A stretch of DNA of 5,485 bases, from IMG/VR virus record IMGVR_UViG_2671180669_000009, one strand, 5' to 3'. The notes beneath the pieces are model-generated. The model ran no database searches. It was not told where the DNA came from and worked only from the letters and a program-made list of their open reading frames with translations. Origin of the DNA: a virus (taxonomy: Duplodnaviria > Heunggongvirae > Uroviricota > Caudoviricetes). Numbering within the stretch: position 1 is the first letter of the stretch; the number at the start of each line of letters is the position of its first letter. This document shows, in pieces, positions 4,953 through 5,485 of this stretch. The translations under genes and the position numbers were made by a program.

Positions 4953-5431
4953 TTACCCCCTGAAGCCTGGCGGGATCGCACTGTCCGGCAACGAGACGGT
5001 GTTAACCTGTCGGAGCAACGTCTCAGGCCGAACACCTTTCGGCGCGAACAGGCCCTGGTATTCATTGGCGATGCTGTGTCGAATCACCTGCTCAGGTGTA
5101 AAACCCTGCTGACGGAATTTTTCCAGTTCCCGTATCGCCCCGTTAGCGCCCTGCTCCGTTCGAATCGGTTTTCGCAATGCCTGTCTGAACCGGACCCACT
5201 CATGCCAGAGTGTTTCCGGCAACCAATCGGGCAGCTCAATAGCCTCCGGCTCGAATTTTTTAGACGCTCGTTTTTGGCGAGGGGGAGATCAGTATTTAGA
5301 TCTTCCTCTTCCTCTTCCTCTTCCTCTGGTAACGCTTTTTGATCCGTTTGTGTAACGCTGGCAGCGTTACCTTTTCGTTTCAGTTCGCGTATTTTTGTTA
5401 CTCGCTCGTTTGTAACTGAAGTGGTCAACAA
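4953..5431 (-). pseudogene. DnaT-like primosomal protein gene with an apparent frameshift (N-terminal frame 5431..5084, C-terminal DnaT-like frame 4953..5288)
   Basis: C-terminal frame ends ...LRQVNTVSLPDSAIPPGFRG*, resembling the DnaT C-terminus, and sits directly upstream of the dnaC-like gene as in the chromosomal dnaT-dnaC pair. The N-terminal frame (TTG start, basic region, E8 tract) is offset by one base; the two join cleanly if the G5 run at 5281-5285 were G6. Confidence 0.55.
5301..5327. repeat. Hexanucleotide tandem repeat (tcttcc) x4.5, encoding a poly-Glu (E8) tract on the minus strand
   Basis: tcttcctcttcctcttcctcttcctct read directly; in frame with the N-terminal part of the DnaT-like ORF. 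Confidence 0.9.
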
Positions 5432-5485
5432 AAACTGGCCACCGAGTTAGAGTTTTTCCAGTATCGATTTTCCGATTCGTTTGGG

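Noticed and set aside
4218-5342. Plus-strand ORFs 4218..4490, 4310..4528, 4756..5112 and 4842..5342
   Set aside because: All are antisense to the DnaC-like and DnaT-like genes; translations are Arg/Ser/Pro/His-rich with no motifs.
1-5485. CRISPR arrays, tRNA or rRNA genes
   Set aside because: No spaced direct-repeat array and no tRNA-like cloverleaf or rRNA-like sequence found on reading both strands.

Overview
This window looks like an enterobacterial (E. coli-like) lambdoid-prophage early/replication region that has been hit by IS1 and sits next to a hok/mok/sok-type type I toxin-antitoxin locus. All identifications rest on reading the six-frame translations and on recalled protein families; no database search was run. 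Almost all genes are on the minus strand. Read 5'->3' on that strand: a DnaT-like primosomal gene with an apparent frameshift (4953..5431), a DnaC-like AAA+ helicase loader (4200..4946), a 140-aa HTH protein (3763..4185), and a ~118-aa zinc-ribbon ORF whose 5' part is at 3584..3705 and 3' part at 2474..2814, separated by a full IS1 copy (2815..3572, insA/insB on plus) and an 11-N gap. Downstream are a possible small membrane ORF (2163..2381), an HNH endonuclease (1796..2161), and two unknown proteins of 221 aa and 121 aa (1134..1799, 769..1134), joined by overlapping stop/start codons and ending at a strong bidirectional terminator (652..690). The low-coordinate end carries an intact Hok-family toxin ORF nested in a Mok-like frame (159..371), and the window begins inside the right end of another IS1 copy (1..66). 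The most unusual points are the 106-bp duplicated flank across the N gap (one synonymous mismatch), the DnaT-like frameshift at a G5 run beside a hexanucleotide repeat, and the unexplained HNH-containing gene block. No tRNA, rRNA or CRISPR array was seen.
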